64,000 nt of DNA from Eubacteriales bacterium (lineage in GTDB: Bacteria > Bacillota > Clostridia > Oscillospirales > CAG-382), in contig JAZUOO010000066.1 in NCBI GenBank assembly GCA_045604705.1, positions 1,271-65,270 of the forward strand, written 5' to 3'. Below, in pieces: positions 31,254 to 40,775 of this stretch. The translations under genes were made by a program, and so were the position numbers. The notes below the pieces were generated by a model, which saw only the letters and a list, made by a program, of their open reading frames with translations, was not told where the DNA came from and ran no database searches. Position 1 is the stretch's first letter, and every line of letters starts with the position of its first letter.

Positions 31254-31356
31254 ATGTGATCTTTCCTTTCATATGCTACAAAATTTACATAAAAGAGCTA
31301 TTAGAATCAACAATTACGAGGTAAAATATCTTGAATTTAACACCAAGAGGTAATAC

Positions 31357-32244
31357 ATGAACAGTTCAATGCAAAAAATCACAGGTCATATATACGCTCT
31401 CATAGTTGTCGCCATCTGGAGCGTCACCTACGTCGCAACGGATATGCTTCTCTCTTGCGGCATAACCGCACTTCAGATTCTTGTGCTCAGATTTCTTCTG
31501 GCTCTGGGTGTGCTTTATATATTAAAGCCAAAGCTCTATCTTCCAAGAAGCCTCGGTGAGGAACTCGGCTTTATCTTCATCGCCCTTTTCGGTATGTTTT
31601 TCTATTACATTTTTGAAAACTACGCCATAGGAAAAACCGACGGCACAAACGTCGCCATAATTATCAGCTTCGTACCAATTCTTACAACCCTTGCAAGTGC
31701 ATTCTTCACGAGAAAAACAAAAATAACACCACTTATACTAATCGGCTTTGCAATAGCCATAACAGGTGTTGTAATGGTAGTCTTTAACGGCACGGTAAAA
31801 TTCGACTTTGACACGTTGGGTTATATCCTCGCTTTCGGTGCAGCTGCCTGCTGGACGGTGTATTCCGTAATCCTTGAAAAATACCTTGAAACATTCGACA
31901 GTGTCATAATCACCCGCAGAATGCTGATATATACCCTTATTCCGCTGATTCCCATGACATTAATAATTGACGGAATCCACGATATGACAGCCTTTGCAAA
32001 AGCTCCGATACTCATAGCCTGCATAGCCCTGCTCGGTATTTTCGGCGGCAGCCTCTGCTACCACTGGTGGAACAAAGCTACAAAAAAACTCGGCGTTGTT
32101 ATAACTACAAACTACCTGTACGTAAGTCCATTTATCACCATGGTATTTGCATTTTTTGCAACGGAAACACCTATAACCCTCATGGGCGTGTGCGGATCGG
32201 TGCTTATACTTTTCGGTGTTATCCTGTCAGATCTGCGAAAGTGA
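31357..32244 (+). CDS. DMT superfamily (EamA-like) transporter
   Basis: Ten hydrophobic segments in two EamA-like halves; 295 aa. Confidence 0.85.
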   Translation: MNSSMQKITGHIYALIVVAIWSVTYVATDMLLSCGITALQILVLRFLLALGVLYILKPKLYLPRSLGEELGFIFIALFGMFFYYIFENYAIGKTDGTNVAIIISFVPILTTLASAFFTRKTKITPLILIGFAIAITGVVMVVFNGTVKFDFDTLGYILAFGAAACWTVYSVILEKYLETFDSVIITRRMLIYTLIPLIPMTLIIDGIHDMTAFAKAPILIACIALLGIFGGSLCYHWWNKATKKLGVVITTNYLYVSPFITMVFAFFATETPITLMGVCGSVLILFGVILSDLRK

Positions 32245-32976
32245 TTAAAGAGGCTTCTTCACCATCTGCGCATATCTTCTTGGATACTGCGGTGGCGTAT
32301 TTTTAACCTTTTTCACAACTATCAGCGAATGGTGCAAAACCTCCCCTTGTGAGCTTTCGGGAAGATGAACCTCAAAAGTTTCAATGTACTTTCCCCCAAG
32401 CATGGGAATAGCCTTTTTTGACATTTCAAGCTCCTCTGCAGCCCCGGTTGCCTTATAAGCAATAAAAGTCCCGCCAACCCTGACAAACGGCAGACTCAGC
32501 TCCAGAAGTACAGGGAGTGACGCCACAGCACGCGACACCGCAATGTCGAAATTCTCACGGTATTTCTTGTCTGAAGAAACCTCCTCCGCGCGTACCGGCA
32601 GAAAATCGGCATTTATCGAAAGCTCCCCGCAAGCCTTCTCGGTAAACTTCAGCTTTTTCGCAGTACTGTCAAGAAACGTCACCGAAATATCACGTCTTGC
32701 ATGAGCAAGGGGAAGTCCCGGGAAGCCTGCACCGCAGCCTATGTCTATCACCTTTGAATTTTTGGGTATAAGATCAAATCTTAAAGAGGCAAGGGAGTCG
32801 GCGAAGTGCTTTATTGCCACGCCCTCCTCGTCCTTTATCGCGGTAAGATTTGTGTGTGAGTTGAATTCCAGAAGACTGACACAAAGATTTTCAAAACCCG
32901 ACAGTGTATCCTCAGCTATTTCAATATTGTTGTTTTTGCAGAATTCCTGCAGAATGGTGGTAACTTTCAAGGACAT
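32245..32976 (-). CDS. rsmG: 16S rRNA (guanine527-N7)-methyltransferase
   Basis: NLTAIKDEEGVAIKHFADSL and SAM-binding IDIGCGAGFPGLPLA. RBS GGAG. Confidence 0.9.
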   Translation of the reverse strand: MSLKVTTILQEFCKNNNIEIAEDTLSGFENLCVSLLEFNSHTNLTAIKDEEGVAIKHFADSLASLRFDLIPKNSKVIDIGCGAGFPGLPLAHARRDISVTFLDSTAKKLKFTEKACGELSINADFLPVRAEEVSSDKKYRENFDIAVSRAVASLPVLLELSLPFVRVGGTFIAYKATGAAEELEMSKKAIPMLGGKYIETFEVHLPESSQGEVLHHSLIVVKKVKNTPPQYPRRYAQMVKKPL

Positions 32977-33031
32977 TTTATCTCCGTTCCGCCAATGGCA
33001 TTTATTTGTAATTTTTGGAGTGTTTGTTTTA

Positions 33032-33817
33032 ATGGAAAAATTTATATCCGACTTTTTTAAAAGAGAAAAAATAAAATATTATTCCTGTATGGATGTTTCG
33101 GAATGCGACCTTCTGTATCCCGCAAAGCTTCCCGCCAATACCAGAAGCGTCTGTTTCTTCCTTATTCCATACAACATAAGCGAAAAGGGCAGAAGAAACA
33201 TTTCCCTGTACTGCGTGCCGCGGGACTATCACCTGTATATAAAGGAACTAAGCAGCCGTTTTGAAGATGAGCTTGCATCTTCCAACCTCTTACTTGAATA
33301 CCGCTTCTTCGCCGACAACTCACCTTTTTGCGAAAGAACCTGTGCCGAAAAATGCGGCATCGGCAAGATAGGAAAAAACGGACTTATTATCAATTCAGAA
33401 TACGGAAGCTTTGTATTTATAGGAAGCCTTTGTCTTTCGTCAAATATCAGCATAACACAAACAGAAAAAAAATTCAAGGGTGACATATGTGGAAATTGTG
33501 AAAAGTGTAAAACCTTTTGTCCGGGAGCACGCGGTAAATGCCGGGAATGTCTTTCCGCAATAACCCAGAAAAAGAAAGTAACCGACAGAGAAGCGGAGCT
33601 CATATCCAAATCGCCGATAAAATGGGGCTGCGATATTTGTCAGCTTGTCTGCCCGTATAACAGGGATGTTTCCGATACCCCCATAGAATTTTTCAAAACC
33701 TGCCGTGTACGTTATATTGACAAAGAAACGCTCCTTGAAATGTCCGACGAAGAATTCTCACGCAGAGCCTATGCCTGGAGGGGCAGGGAAGTCATAAAAA
33801 GAAATCTTGATCTCTGA
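33032..33817 (+). CDS. Epoxyqueuosine reductase (QueG)-family Fe-S protein, short form
   Basis: From ATG 33032 (GGAG RBS): RDYH, AEKCGIGKIGKNGLIINSEYGSFVFIG, and CGNCEKCKTFCP plus CDICQLVCP ferredoxin-type clusters. The listed ORF extends 5' through the antisense strand of rsmG. Confidence 0.65.
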   Translation: MEKFISDFFKREKIKYYSCMDVSECDLLYPAKLPANTRSVCFFLIPYNISEKGRRNISLYCVPRDYHLYIKELSSRFEDELASSNLLLEYRFFADNSPFCERTCAEKCGIGKIGKNGLIINSEYGSFVFIGSLCLSSNISITQTEKKFKGDICGNCEKCKTFCPGARGKCRECLSAITQKKKVTDREAELISKSPIKWGCDICQLVCPYNRDVSDTPIEFFKTCRVRYIDKETLLEMSDEEFSRRAYAWRGREVIKRNLDL

Positions 33818-33908
33818 TTCGACCGTTTTCTCAAATCAATCATGCTATACTCTCCTTGTTTGAAGCAAGTCCCCAAATGTATGTACCACACATAAGGAGA
33901 GTAATTTT

Positions 33909-34799
33909 ATGCCAAAAAACAAACATACCCAAAACGGCAACGGCGAGATCTTCAACATTCCGCCATATTTAATAAAGCCCAACCCATCCCTTGCAAGGAC
34001 AGACTTTTCAGATACATCCCTTTTAAGTCTTGCAGATAGCATAAGGCGTTACGGTGTACTGCAGCCTTTGGCGGTAAGACTTTCCGAAAAAGGCAGATAC
34101 GAGCTTGTGGCAGGCGAGAGAAGACTGCGTGCCGCCATGCTGCTTGAAATGCCGACGGTTCCCTGCATTATAACCGAGAGTACGGGATTTTTTGAATATC
34201 TGTCCGTCATTGAAAATCTTCAGCGCGAAAAGCTGACTATGTTTGATGAAGCAAGAGCCATAAGACGTCTGTACGAAAAAAACGACAGAGACCTTAATGC
34301 AACCGCAAAGCTTTTGTCCATAAGCAAGGCAGAGCTTGAACGAAAAATCCGTCTGTGTAACCTGTCAAGAGCAGAAATGCAAGCGGTGACGAACCTCGGA
34401 ATTGGCGAAATACAAGCGGTGGTGTTCCTGGAGGTTCCGAGCCATTTGCGATATTACACAATAAAACTCTGTGCCGAGGAAGGCTATTCATTTTCGGAAA
34501 CCGTAAACCTGTGTGGTGCAATCTCAAAGGCACAGAACCTGTTTGCGGACGATCTGGAAAGCTTTGCAAGGGAGCATATAAAAAAGCTGCGTGAGAACTC
34601 GGAATACCAAGACAAAAAAGCTCAGATACCGTCAAAAACAACCAACAAACCAATGGTGATTCTACGTGATTTGCACGCCTTTGAAATATCCTTGCGCAAA
34701 ATCTGTACCATCCTCGAAAACGCAGGGTGCCGCACGGACATACAAACAAATGCCAAGGGCGATAAGACCATCTACACCGTCACCGTGGAAATGACATGA
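33909..34799 (+). CDS. ParB/Noc/Spo0J-like protein (no adjacent ParA)
   Basis: ParB N-terminal box LQPLAVR ... YELVAGERRLRAA and an HTH region (ENLQREKLTMFDEARAI). RBS AAGGAG. Confidence 0.8.
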   Translation: MPKNKHTQNGNGEIFNIPPYLIKPNPSLARTDFSDTSLLSLADSIRRYGVLQPLAVRLSEKGRYELVAGERRLRAAMLLEMPTVPCIITESTGFFEYLSVIENLQREKLTMFDEARAIRRLYEKNDRDLNATAKLLSISKAELERKIRLCNLSRAEMQAVTNLGIGEIQAVVFLEVPSHLRYYTIKLCAEEGYSFSETVNLCGAISKAQNLFADDLESFAREHIKKLRENSEYQDKKAQIPSKTTNKPMVILRDLHAFEISLRKICTILENAGCRTDIQTNAKGDKTIYTVTVEMT

Positions 34800-34836
34800 A
34801 AAAGGCTGACGGATAACTCCAATCAGCCGCATATTT

Positions 34837-35670
34837 TTACTTCATAAGACTATCATAATTTTCCTTAATATCTTCAAGTGTAAACGGATCTCTTTCTGCG
34901 GGTTTTGAGACTTCGTACATAAAAACACCCTTATAATCAAGCTCCTCCAGTTTTGACATGATAGCCTCCCAATCGTTTATGCCGTCTCCGGGAAGTCTGT
35001 GACGTTCGTCGATAAAGTCGTAGTCGGAAACATGAAGCGTGCGTACCCTACCTTGCATATTATGATAAATGAGATCGTCAAGGAAATCCTCGTTTGTCTG
35101 CATGAGCAGATGGTTTGTGTCAAAGCACAGATCAATCTCGGGAATTTCATTAAGATAAGTAATAATATCAAAAGAGCTGTTACCCAGACAAGTCCCGGAC
35201 AGATTCTCCACTGCCAGCCTTGCACCCGCCTCATCGCAGATTTTTGCAAAATATCTCATATTTTCAATACTCTTTTCAATCTCCTGCTGTCTTGTATTAT
35301 CGTCGTTGGACTCACCCGACGGATGAATAACAATAGTCTTGATACCAATTTTCAAAGCAGCTCTGATACCCTTTTCCATAACCGCCATCCCCGCGGGACC
35401 TTTTATCGGATCAAGGTTTGCCACATTGAGAAATTCCGAAAAAGGAACATGGAACGACCAAAGCTCAACCCCGTTTTTTGCAGATGCCTTAAGTATTTTT
35501 TCCGGATTTTCATAAAATCCGTACTCGGTTAGCTTATTATCCTGCATGGATAATTCGGCGTACCATATACCCGCCCTTTTATATCCTGCAAAGCCTTTCT
35601 CCGTATGTCCCTCATAATATCCGAGGATACGGCTTGAAGCTCCGCAAGACCAGTCTTTTCTGTTTGTCAT
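34837..35670 (-). CDS. Sugar phosphate isomerase/epimerase (xylose isomerase-like TIM barrel)
   Basis: From ATG 35670 (GGGGGA RBS): VIHPSG, LAVENL, CFDTNH and HVSDYD metal-ligand strand pattern. Confidence 0.8.
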   Translation of the reverse strand: MTNRKDWSCGASSRILGYYEGHTEKGFAGYKRAGIWYAELSMQDNKLTEYGFYENPEKILKASAKNGVELWSFHVPFSEFLNVANLDPIKGPAGMAVMEKGIRAALKIGIKTIVIHPSGESNDDNTRQQEIEKSIENMRYFAKICDEAGARLAVENLSGTCLGNSSFDIITYLNEIPEIDLCFDTNHLLMQTNEDFLDDLIYHNMQGRVRTLHVSDYDFIDERHRLPGDGINDWEAIMSKLEELDYKGVFMYEVSKPAERDPFTLEDIKENYDSLMK

Positions 35671-35934
35671 AGTAATCCCCCATCTCGCCGCAAAGCGGCG
35701 GAACAAATAGTTTATAAAAATTCCAAAGGAATTTTTGAGCGTGAAATATCTACGACCGTGCAAAGCACTTTGTTATTTTTCACGTTATTCTCCTTTGAAA
35801 GATAATGTTTTTATTTGCAATTATACCACTAATGCTTCAAATTGTAAACCCAAAATTTAAAATTTACATAATACTGTTTATGTAATCAAACCAATATGAT
35901 AGAATACACCTTGTAATAAAAAAATAAGGATAGT

Positions 35935-36603
35935 ATGCAAATGAAGATAACCCACGCAATATTTGACATGGACGGTACTCTCATTGATTCAAACGGATTA
36001 TGGGTGGATGCCGTATACAACTATATAGATAACCACTGTACTTACAAAAGAGAGGACATCCCGGAAATTTTCTTTTCCGAAATAATTCTCGGCGGTACAA
36101 TGGAAGCCCTGCGTTTTCTGCACGATACCATGGGCGATAATACAAATCCCGATACCATAATGCAGATAATTATGGACAGTGCTGTCAAAAGCTACAGGTC
36201 GGAAAAGCCAAAGAAAAAAGGCGCGTTGGAATTCCTTAAGAAACTGAAAGAACACAATGCCGATGTGTGCGTTGTTTCCGCAACTCCGTCAAACCTGGTT
36301 GAAAAGGCTTTGGAACTTTGCGGACTTCTTCCGTATGTGGATTTCATAATCTCCGGTGCGGAAAGAAAAACAGGCAAGGGAAAGCCCTATATTTTCCTTG
36401 AAGCCGCAGCAAGAATGAACTGCAAGGTATCCGAATGCACCCTTTTTGAGGATGCGCTCTACAGCCTCAGAACAGGCAAAGCCCTCGGAATGACTCTTGT
36501 AGGAATAGAGGATTATTACTGCAAACCGAATGTACGCGAACAAATAGAGAAAATCTGCGATTTCTTCACTGACGATTACAACAAGATTCCACTTGAAATA
36601 TAA
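35935..36603 (+). CDS. HAD-superfamily hydrolase (beta-phosphoglucomutase-like subfamily)
   Basis: AIFDMDGTLIDS motif I, VVSATP motif II, K ... FEDA motif III/IV. The start may be ATG 35941. Confidence 0.85.
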   Translation: MQMKITHAIFDMDGTLIDSNGLWVDAVYNYIDNHCTYKREDIPEIFFSEIILGGTMEALRFLHDTMGDNTNPDTIMQIIMDSAVKSYRSEKPKKKGALEFLKKLKEHNADVCVVSATPSNLVEKALELCGLLPYVDFIISGAERKTGKGKPYIFLEAAARMNCKVSECTLFEDALYSLRTGKALGMTLVGIEDYYCKPNVREQIEKICDFFTDDYNKIPLEI

Positions 36604-36628
36604 AACCACCACAAATAAGGAGACCGTC

Positions 36629-37645
36629 ATGAAAGTATACAACGTAACCGACTGTGCAAAAGAGCTTATAACAAAAGAGAGAATAATAATCCTCATACAC
36701 TCAAACCCCGATGGTGACTGCGTAGGCTCAGGACTTGCCCTTGCGGAAATACTTATGTCTCTCGGAAAAACCGTGAGAGTAGTCTGCCCCCACACCTTAC
36801 CTGACAGACTTGATTTCGTTGCCGCAGAGCTCCCCGAACAGATTCTGTGCTTCGGACGCCCTGTTGAGGATGATTTCGGTGCAGACCTTATCATGAGCAC
36901 TGATGTAGCATCTCCCGAGCTTCTCGGCAGAATAAGAGAGCTTTACGAGGGCAGGATAAATCTCTGCATAGATCACCACATGATAAACACAATGAACACC
37001 GATTACATCTGGCGTGACGCGACCTGCTCTGCCTGTGGTGAGATGATACTCGAACTGTGTGATGAACTTTCAAGCCTATCCCAAAAGCCGCTTCTTACAA
37101 CCTCTGTCGCCAACAGAATCTACGCGGCAATATCCTCCGACTCCGGCTCATTCAAATATGGCAATACCACTGCAAAGACACTGCTTTACGCATCAAGACT
37201 GAAGTCTGTCGGTGCCGATTCCGAGGTAATATCAAGACTACTGTTTGATACCAAGAGCCTTGCTCAATACAAGCTTACGGGACTCTGTATTCCAAAAACC
37301 GAATTTCTCTGTGACGGCAAACTCACATTTTGTCTTTTGCTTGACGAAGAACTTGCCCTTTGCGGTGCTACAAAAGAGGACTGCGACGGCATAACTCAGA
37401 TTTTCCGCGAAGTAAAAGGCGTGGAGCTTAGTATATTTGCAAAACAGCACCTCGACTCCGTAACCGGAGAAAACTGCGTCAAGATGTCCCTGCGTTCCAA
37501 TATCCTGGCAAACTGTGCTAAAATCTGCGAAGCCTTCGGCGGCGGTGGGCATATCAAAGCGGCAGGTTGTACAATCAGAGGTGAGAGCTGTGAGAGGGCG
37601 AGGGAAATGATAATTGCGAGAGCTATGGAGGAAATTAGCATTTAG
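36629..37645 (+). CDS. nrnA: DHH/DHHA1 phosphoesterase (NrnA-type oligoribonuclease/pAp phosphatase)
   Basis: From ATG 36629 (AAGGAG RBS): IILIHSNPDGDCVGSGLAL, DHH (IDHH), SDSGSFKY, GGGGHIKAAG. Confidence 0.85.
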   Translation: MKVYNVTDCAKELITKERIIILIHSNPDGDCVGSGLALAEILMSLGKTVRVVCPHTLPDRLDFVAAELPEQILCFGRPVEDDFGADLIMSTDVASPELLGRIRELYEGRINLCIDHHMINTMNTDYIWRDATCSACGEMILELCDELSSLSQKPLLTTSVANRIYAAISSDSGSFKYGNTTAKTLLYASRLKSVGADSEVISRLLFDTKSLAQYKLTGLCIPKTEFLCDGKLTFCLLLDEELALCGATKEDCDGITQIFREVKGVELSIFAKQHLDSVTGENCVKMSLRSNILANCAKICEAFGGGGHIKAAGCTIRGESCERAREMIIARAMEEISI

Positions 37646-37750
37646 GTAATAAGGAATGGGGATTTCATTATTGCATAATAAAGTTCGCCTGTGAACTTAA
37701 TAATGCGTAATTGATGTTGATTTTTCAAAATCTTCATTAATGATATAATG

Positions 37751-37790
37751 CAGGGTGTACCGTTATCGGCGCACCCTGTTGTTGTATTTG
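37751..37790 (+). terminator. Intrinsic terminator after nrnA
   Basis: CAGGGTG (37751-37757) pairs with CACCCTG (37772-37778), plus an inner CCG/CGG pair, then TTGTTGTATTTG. Confidence 0.6.
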
Positions 37791-38133
37791 TGCTATTTTA
37801 ACCGTTTTTTGGAAAGCTTTTTAACAATTTTAAAAGCGTTTTGTTTCTGTATAACACAAAAAAGGCAGGTGAAAATTCACGTTGTTTAGTCGGCACGATG
37901 CAAAATACATACCCCAAAACCTCAGAAAGGCAATACCAACCATCAAAAAAATTGGGCATCTCTAAAAACTCAGCATTAATTGTTTGACAGTGGACAAGGG
38001 GCAGTGAATGAGGATTTTTGCGTTCAAAGAAAATCAAATTTGATACAAATACCCGCAAAAATCTCCATTTGATTATAAAATTATATCTTTTAAGATTTCA
38101 ATAATTTGAAGGAAACGAAGCTTCCAACATCAA

Positions 38134-38189
38134 TTTTGCATTTTGCATTTTCCATTATGCATTATGCGTTATACATTGTGCATTATTAA
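38134..38189. repeat. Degenerate heptamer tandem array, 8 units of TTATGCA type
   Basis: TTTTGCA TTTTGCA TTTTCCA TTATGCA TTATGCG TTATACA TTGTGCA TTATTAA, read directly. Confidence 0.8.
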
Positions 38190-38194
38190 TCTGC

Positions 38195-38270
38195 TGTCCA
38201 CTTTTTTCAAAAAATAAGTTTTTACAAGTTACCAATTGATAAACTCCTGCCACTCCCTAAGCAATTACAA
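38195..38270. repeat. Left boundary repeat (TGTCCACTTTTTT ... ACCAATTGATAAACT)
   Basis: Aligns in direct orientation with 50260-50333 at about three-quarters identity by hand over ~50 nt, weaker beyond that. Confidence 0.65.
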
Positions 38271-38377
38271 ACCATCCTCCCAAAAAGTCAATTCGCATTA
38301 CAACCAAATTTTGGAAACAGATGTTCTTTAATGATTGTTGCAAAATCACAAATCGGAACATAAGTTCTAATTTTCTC

Positions 38378-38406
38378 TTGACAAATCAAAACTTTTGTGG
38401 TATAAT
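38378..38406 (+). promoter_or_regulatory. Consensus sigma-A promoter facing the phage-like module
   Basis: TTGACA (38378-38383), 17-nt spacer ending TGTGG, TATAAT (38401-38406). Confidence 0.6.
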
Positions 38407-38438
38407 TCACCCAACAAGAACACAAGTTCGATAAACCG

Positions 38439-38468
38439 TGTCGATTCTTGATAGAACCGACATTTTTT
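38439..38468 (+). terminator. Leader hairpin plus T-run (possible attenuator)
   Basis: TGTCG (38439-38443) pairs with CGACA (38458-38462), with an inner TTC/GAA pair, followed by TTTTTT (38463-38468). It lies ~150 nt before the first gene. Confidence 0.4.
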
Positions 38469-38615
38469 AAAACCTGCAAAAGAACAAAAGTTCCAAACAG
38501 ATATTCCGAAATTGAAATAAAAACAGTAAAAACGTAGTTTATAATCAGAAAAATTTACGTTTTTTGGAATCTATATTGCGAACAACAGCCGAAAAGAACG
38601 AAAGTGAGGGATTAT

Positions 38616-38879
38616 ATGACCAAAAACAAGCTCGAAATAACCGAAGAAGAACTCCTGTCGGATGACGGTATCTTCGCGGCAAAATACAATACCATGTATG
38701 ACAACGCCGAAAAGTGCTGTTATTGCGGGTGCGCTATTATGCCCGGAGAAAAGGCTCTGCAGCTGTATGCCAACGGCGATGTGCTCCACAGACAATGCTG
38801 GCAGGAATATGCCGATGAATATACCGAATCCTTCGGCAAAGAGTTCGTCTGCGATGACGGCACTATGTCGGATTTTTAA
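38616..38879 (+). CDS. Small Cys-rich hypothetical protein (first gene of module)
   Basis: ATG 38616 after GAGGG. 87 aa with a CCYCGC ... HRQC pattern (possible zinc binding). Confidence 0.6.
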   Translation: MTKNKLEITEEELLSDDGIFAAKYNTMYDNAEKCCYCGCAIMPGEKALQLYANGDVLHRQCWQEYADEYTESFGKEFVCDDGTMSDF

Positions 38880-38899
38880 TATGAAAGGAGGATGACTGT

Positions 38900-39286
38900 T
38901 TGATAAAAAGAAGAAAAACCCTTGAACATTACCAAAGACTGGCAAAGAAATATTTCAACGACTGCGACAAAGCAAACGCCGTGTGCGGGGAAAAAGCTCC
39001 GCTTGCAAAGCCTTACACTCTTTCCGGACTTCTGTGTGCACTGGAGCTTGACAGGGAAAACTTCAGAAGTCTTGATAAAACAAGAAAAGGCAGAATGTTC
39101 GTCAACTATGTGCTTATGAAGATAGAAGCCTTTATTGAGGAAAATGCACTTTCGGGCAGAATATCTGCTTCCGCCGCGTCAAATTCTCTGAAGTACAGCT
39201 TTGGCTGGAGCGATAAAGAAAAAACAAGTGAGGACAGAAGCATCACCGTAAGTCTTTCCGAGGATGCAAGACGTCTTGGCGAATAG
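38900..39286 (+). CDS. terS: Putative terminase small subunit / DNA-packaging protein
   Basis: TTG start 9 nt after AAAGGAGG. 128 aa. KPYTLSGLLCALELDRENF resembles the gp3-type packaging protein HTH. Sits directly upstream of terL. Confidence 0.65.
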   Translation: MIKRRKTLEHYQRLAKKYFNDCDKANAVCGEKAPLAKPYTLSGLLCALELDRENFRSLDKTRKGRMFVNYVLMKIEAFIEENALSGRISASAASNSLKYSFGWSDKEKTSEDRSITVSLSEDARRLGE

Positions 39287-39319
39287 AGCTTTGGCAGATA
39301 CTGTTCGGGAGGTGAGATT

Positions 39320-40648
39320 TTGAATAATATCAACGCCGTTCTTCAAGGGTACCCGCAGGAGAAGCAGTGTTTGTTTTTTGAAAGCCGTACAAAGTATACG
39401 GCATACGGCGGTGCGAGAGGCGGTGGAAAAAGCTGGGCACTGCGGCGAAAGTTGGTTCTCATGTGCCTATGCTACGACGGACTGTCGGTACTGCTTCTGA
39501 GAAGGACATACCCGGAGCTTCGGGAAAATCATATCCGTCCGCTTCTTTCCGAGCTTCGTGATATTGCGGAATACACCGACTCAAGGAAAAGCTTCGAGTT
39601 TCCCAACGGTTCCCGAATAAAGCTCGGTTACTGCGACTGTGAGGATGATGTCAATCAGTATCAGGGGCAGGAATATGACATCATAGGTCTTGACGAGGCA
39701 ACTCATTTTTCCGAGTATCAGTTTCAGACCCTCAAAGCCTGCCTTCGCGGAACCAACGACTTTCCGAAGCGTATGTATCTGACCTGCAATCCGGGCGGTA
39801 TCGGTCATGGCTGGGTAAAGCGACTGTTTATTGACGGAAATTTCCGCAAGGGCGAGAATGCACAGGATTATCGTTTTATTCCCGCATCCGTCTATGACAA
39901 CGGAATACTGCTTGAAAAGGATCCGGATTATCTCGCACAGCTTGAAAGCTTGCCGTCCGACCTTCGGCGTGCGTGGCTTTACGGTGACTGGGATGTGTTC
40001 GCAGGTCAGTTCTTCCCGGAATTCAGCAGTGAAATTCATGTGGTACAGCCTTTTGAAATTCCCGACTTCTGGAAAAGGTACTGTGCCATTGACTACGGTC
40101 TTGATATGCTTGCCGCGGAATTCATTGCCATGTCACCGAACGGTGAGGCTTATGTTTACGATGAGGTGCATATTCCGGGGCTTATCGTGAGCGAGGCGGC
40201 AAGAAAAATACGCGAAAAGGCAAAAGGAGTGGGAGTGATAATTGCCCCCTCGGATTTGTGGTCAAGGCAGAAGGACAGTGGGAAGAGTATAGCCGAGCTT
40301 TTTGCGGATAACGGTGTATATCTTACAAGGATAGTAACAGAAAGAACGGAGGGCTGGTTGTGCCTGAAGGAATGGCTCTGCCCCTATGTTTCGGAGGATG
40401 GCACGAAAAGGGCGAAGCTTATGATCTTCAACATATGCCGTGATATAATTCGCTGTCTGCCGTTGCTTCTTTGCGACAAAGACAAACCCGGCGACGCATC
40501 CACCAAGCCTCATTCCATCACACACGCTCCGGATGCTCTCAGATACTTTGCGGTGTCACGTCCTATCAGTTCCGGGGAAAGGACAGCACCGTCACATATA
40601 AAGCTTTCTAAGAGTCTTCGGAACGGGAAGGTGAAAAGGTTGATGTAA
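39320..40648 (+). CDS. terL: Terminase large subunit
   Basis: TTG start after GGGAGGTGA, with no in-frame ATG before Walker A. Walker A YGGARGGGKSWA, Walker B YDIIGLDEATH, nuclease-domain AIDYG and HAPDALRY. Confidence 0.9.
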   Translation: MNNINAVLQGYPQEKQCLFFESRTKYTAYGGARGGGKSWALRRKLVLMCLCYDGLSVLLLRRTYPELRENHIRPLLSELRDIAEYTDSRKSFEFPNGSRIKLGYCDCEDDVNQYQGQEYDIIGLDEATHFSEYQFQTLKACLRGTNDFPKRMYLTCNPGGIGHGWVKRLFIDGNFRKGENAQDYRFIPASVYDNGILLEKDPDYLAQLESLPSDLRRAWLYGDWDVFAGQFFPEFSSEIHVVQPFEIPDFWKRYCAIDYGLDMLAAEFIAMSPNGEAYVYDEVHIPGLIVSEAARKIREKAKGVGVIIAPSDLWSRQKDSGKSIAELFADNGVYLTRIVTERTEGWLCLKEWLCPYVSEDGTKRAKLMIFNICRDIIRCLPLLLCDKDKPGDASTKPHSITHAPDALRYFAVSRPISSGERTAPSHIKLSKSLRNGKVKRLM

Positions 40649-40775
40649 ATAAGCGACAGGACGTTTTATGACGGATGCTGAGAGTGGGATAAAGAAAAGA
40701 TAAAAGCTTAATACCAGATGACGACTGCTATTGTTTATTACGGCTATTTAAGTCGGGGAAAGGAAAAACAAAATT

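Noticed and set aside
32741-33031. 5' extension of the QueG-like ORF
   Set aside because: It runs antisense through rsmG. A GGAG RBS and ATG at 33032 give a sensible start.
37798-38058. 86-aa minus-strand ORF left of the module
   Set aside because: It has a TTG start with a poorly spaced GGAG, an odd composition and no recognisable family. It lies in the repeat-rich spacer.
38528-38565. Second leader hairpin, considered as a terminator feature
   Set aside because: The stem is mostly A-T, and its T-run is consumed by pairing with the A-run. It is too weak to list as a feature and is mentioned only in the leader finding.
37646-38600. Search for a tRNA or tmRNA integration target or an integrase remnant at the insert borders (also 49308-50420)
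   Set aside because: I saw no GGTTCGAATCC-type T-loop with a matching acceptor stem; GTTCGATAA at about 38427 has no tRNA context. I also saw no integrase-like ORF fragments. This negative result is by eye only; tRNAscan and tblastn should confirm it.
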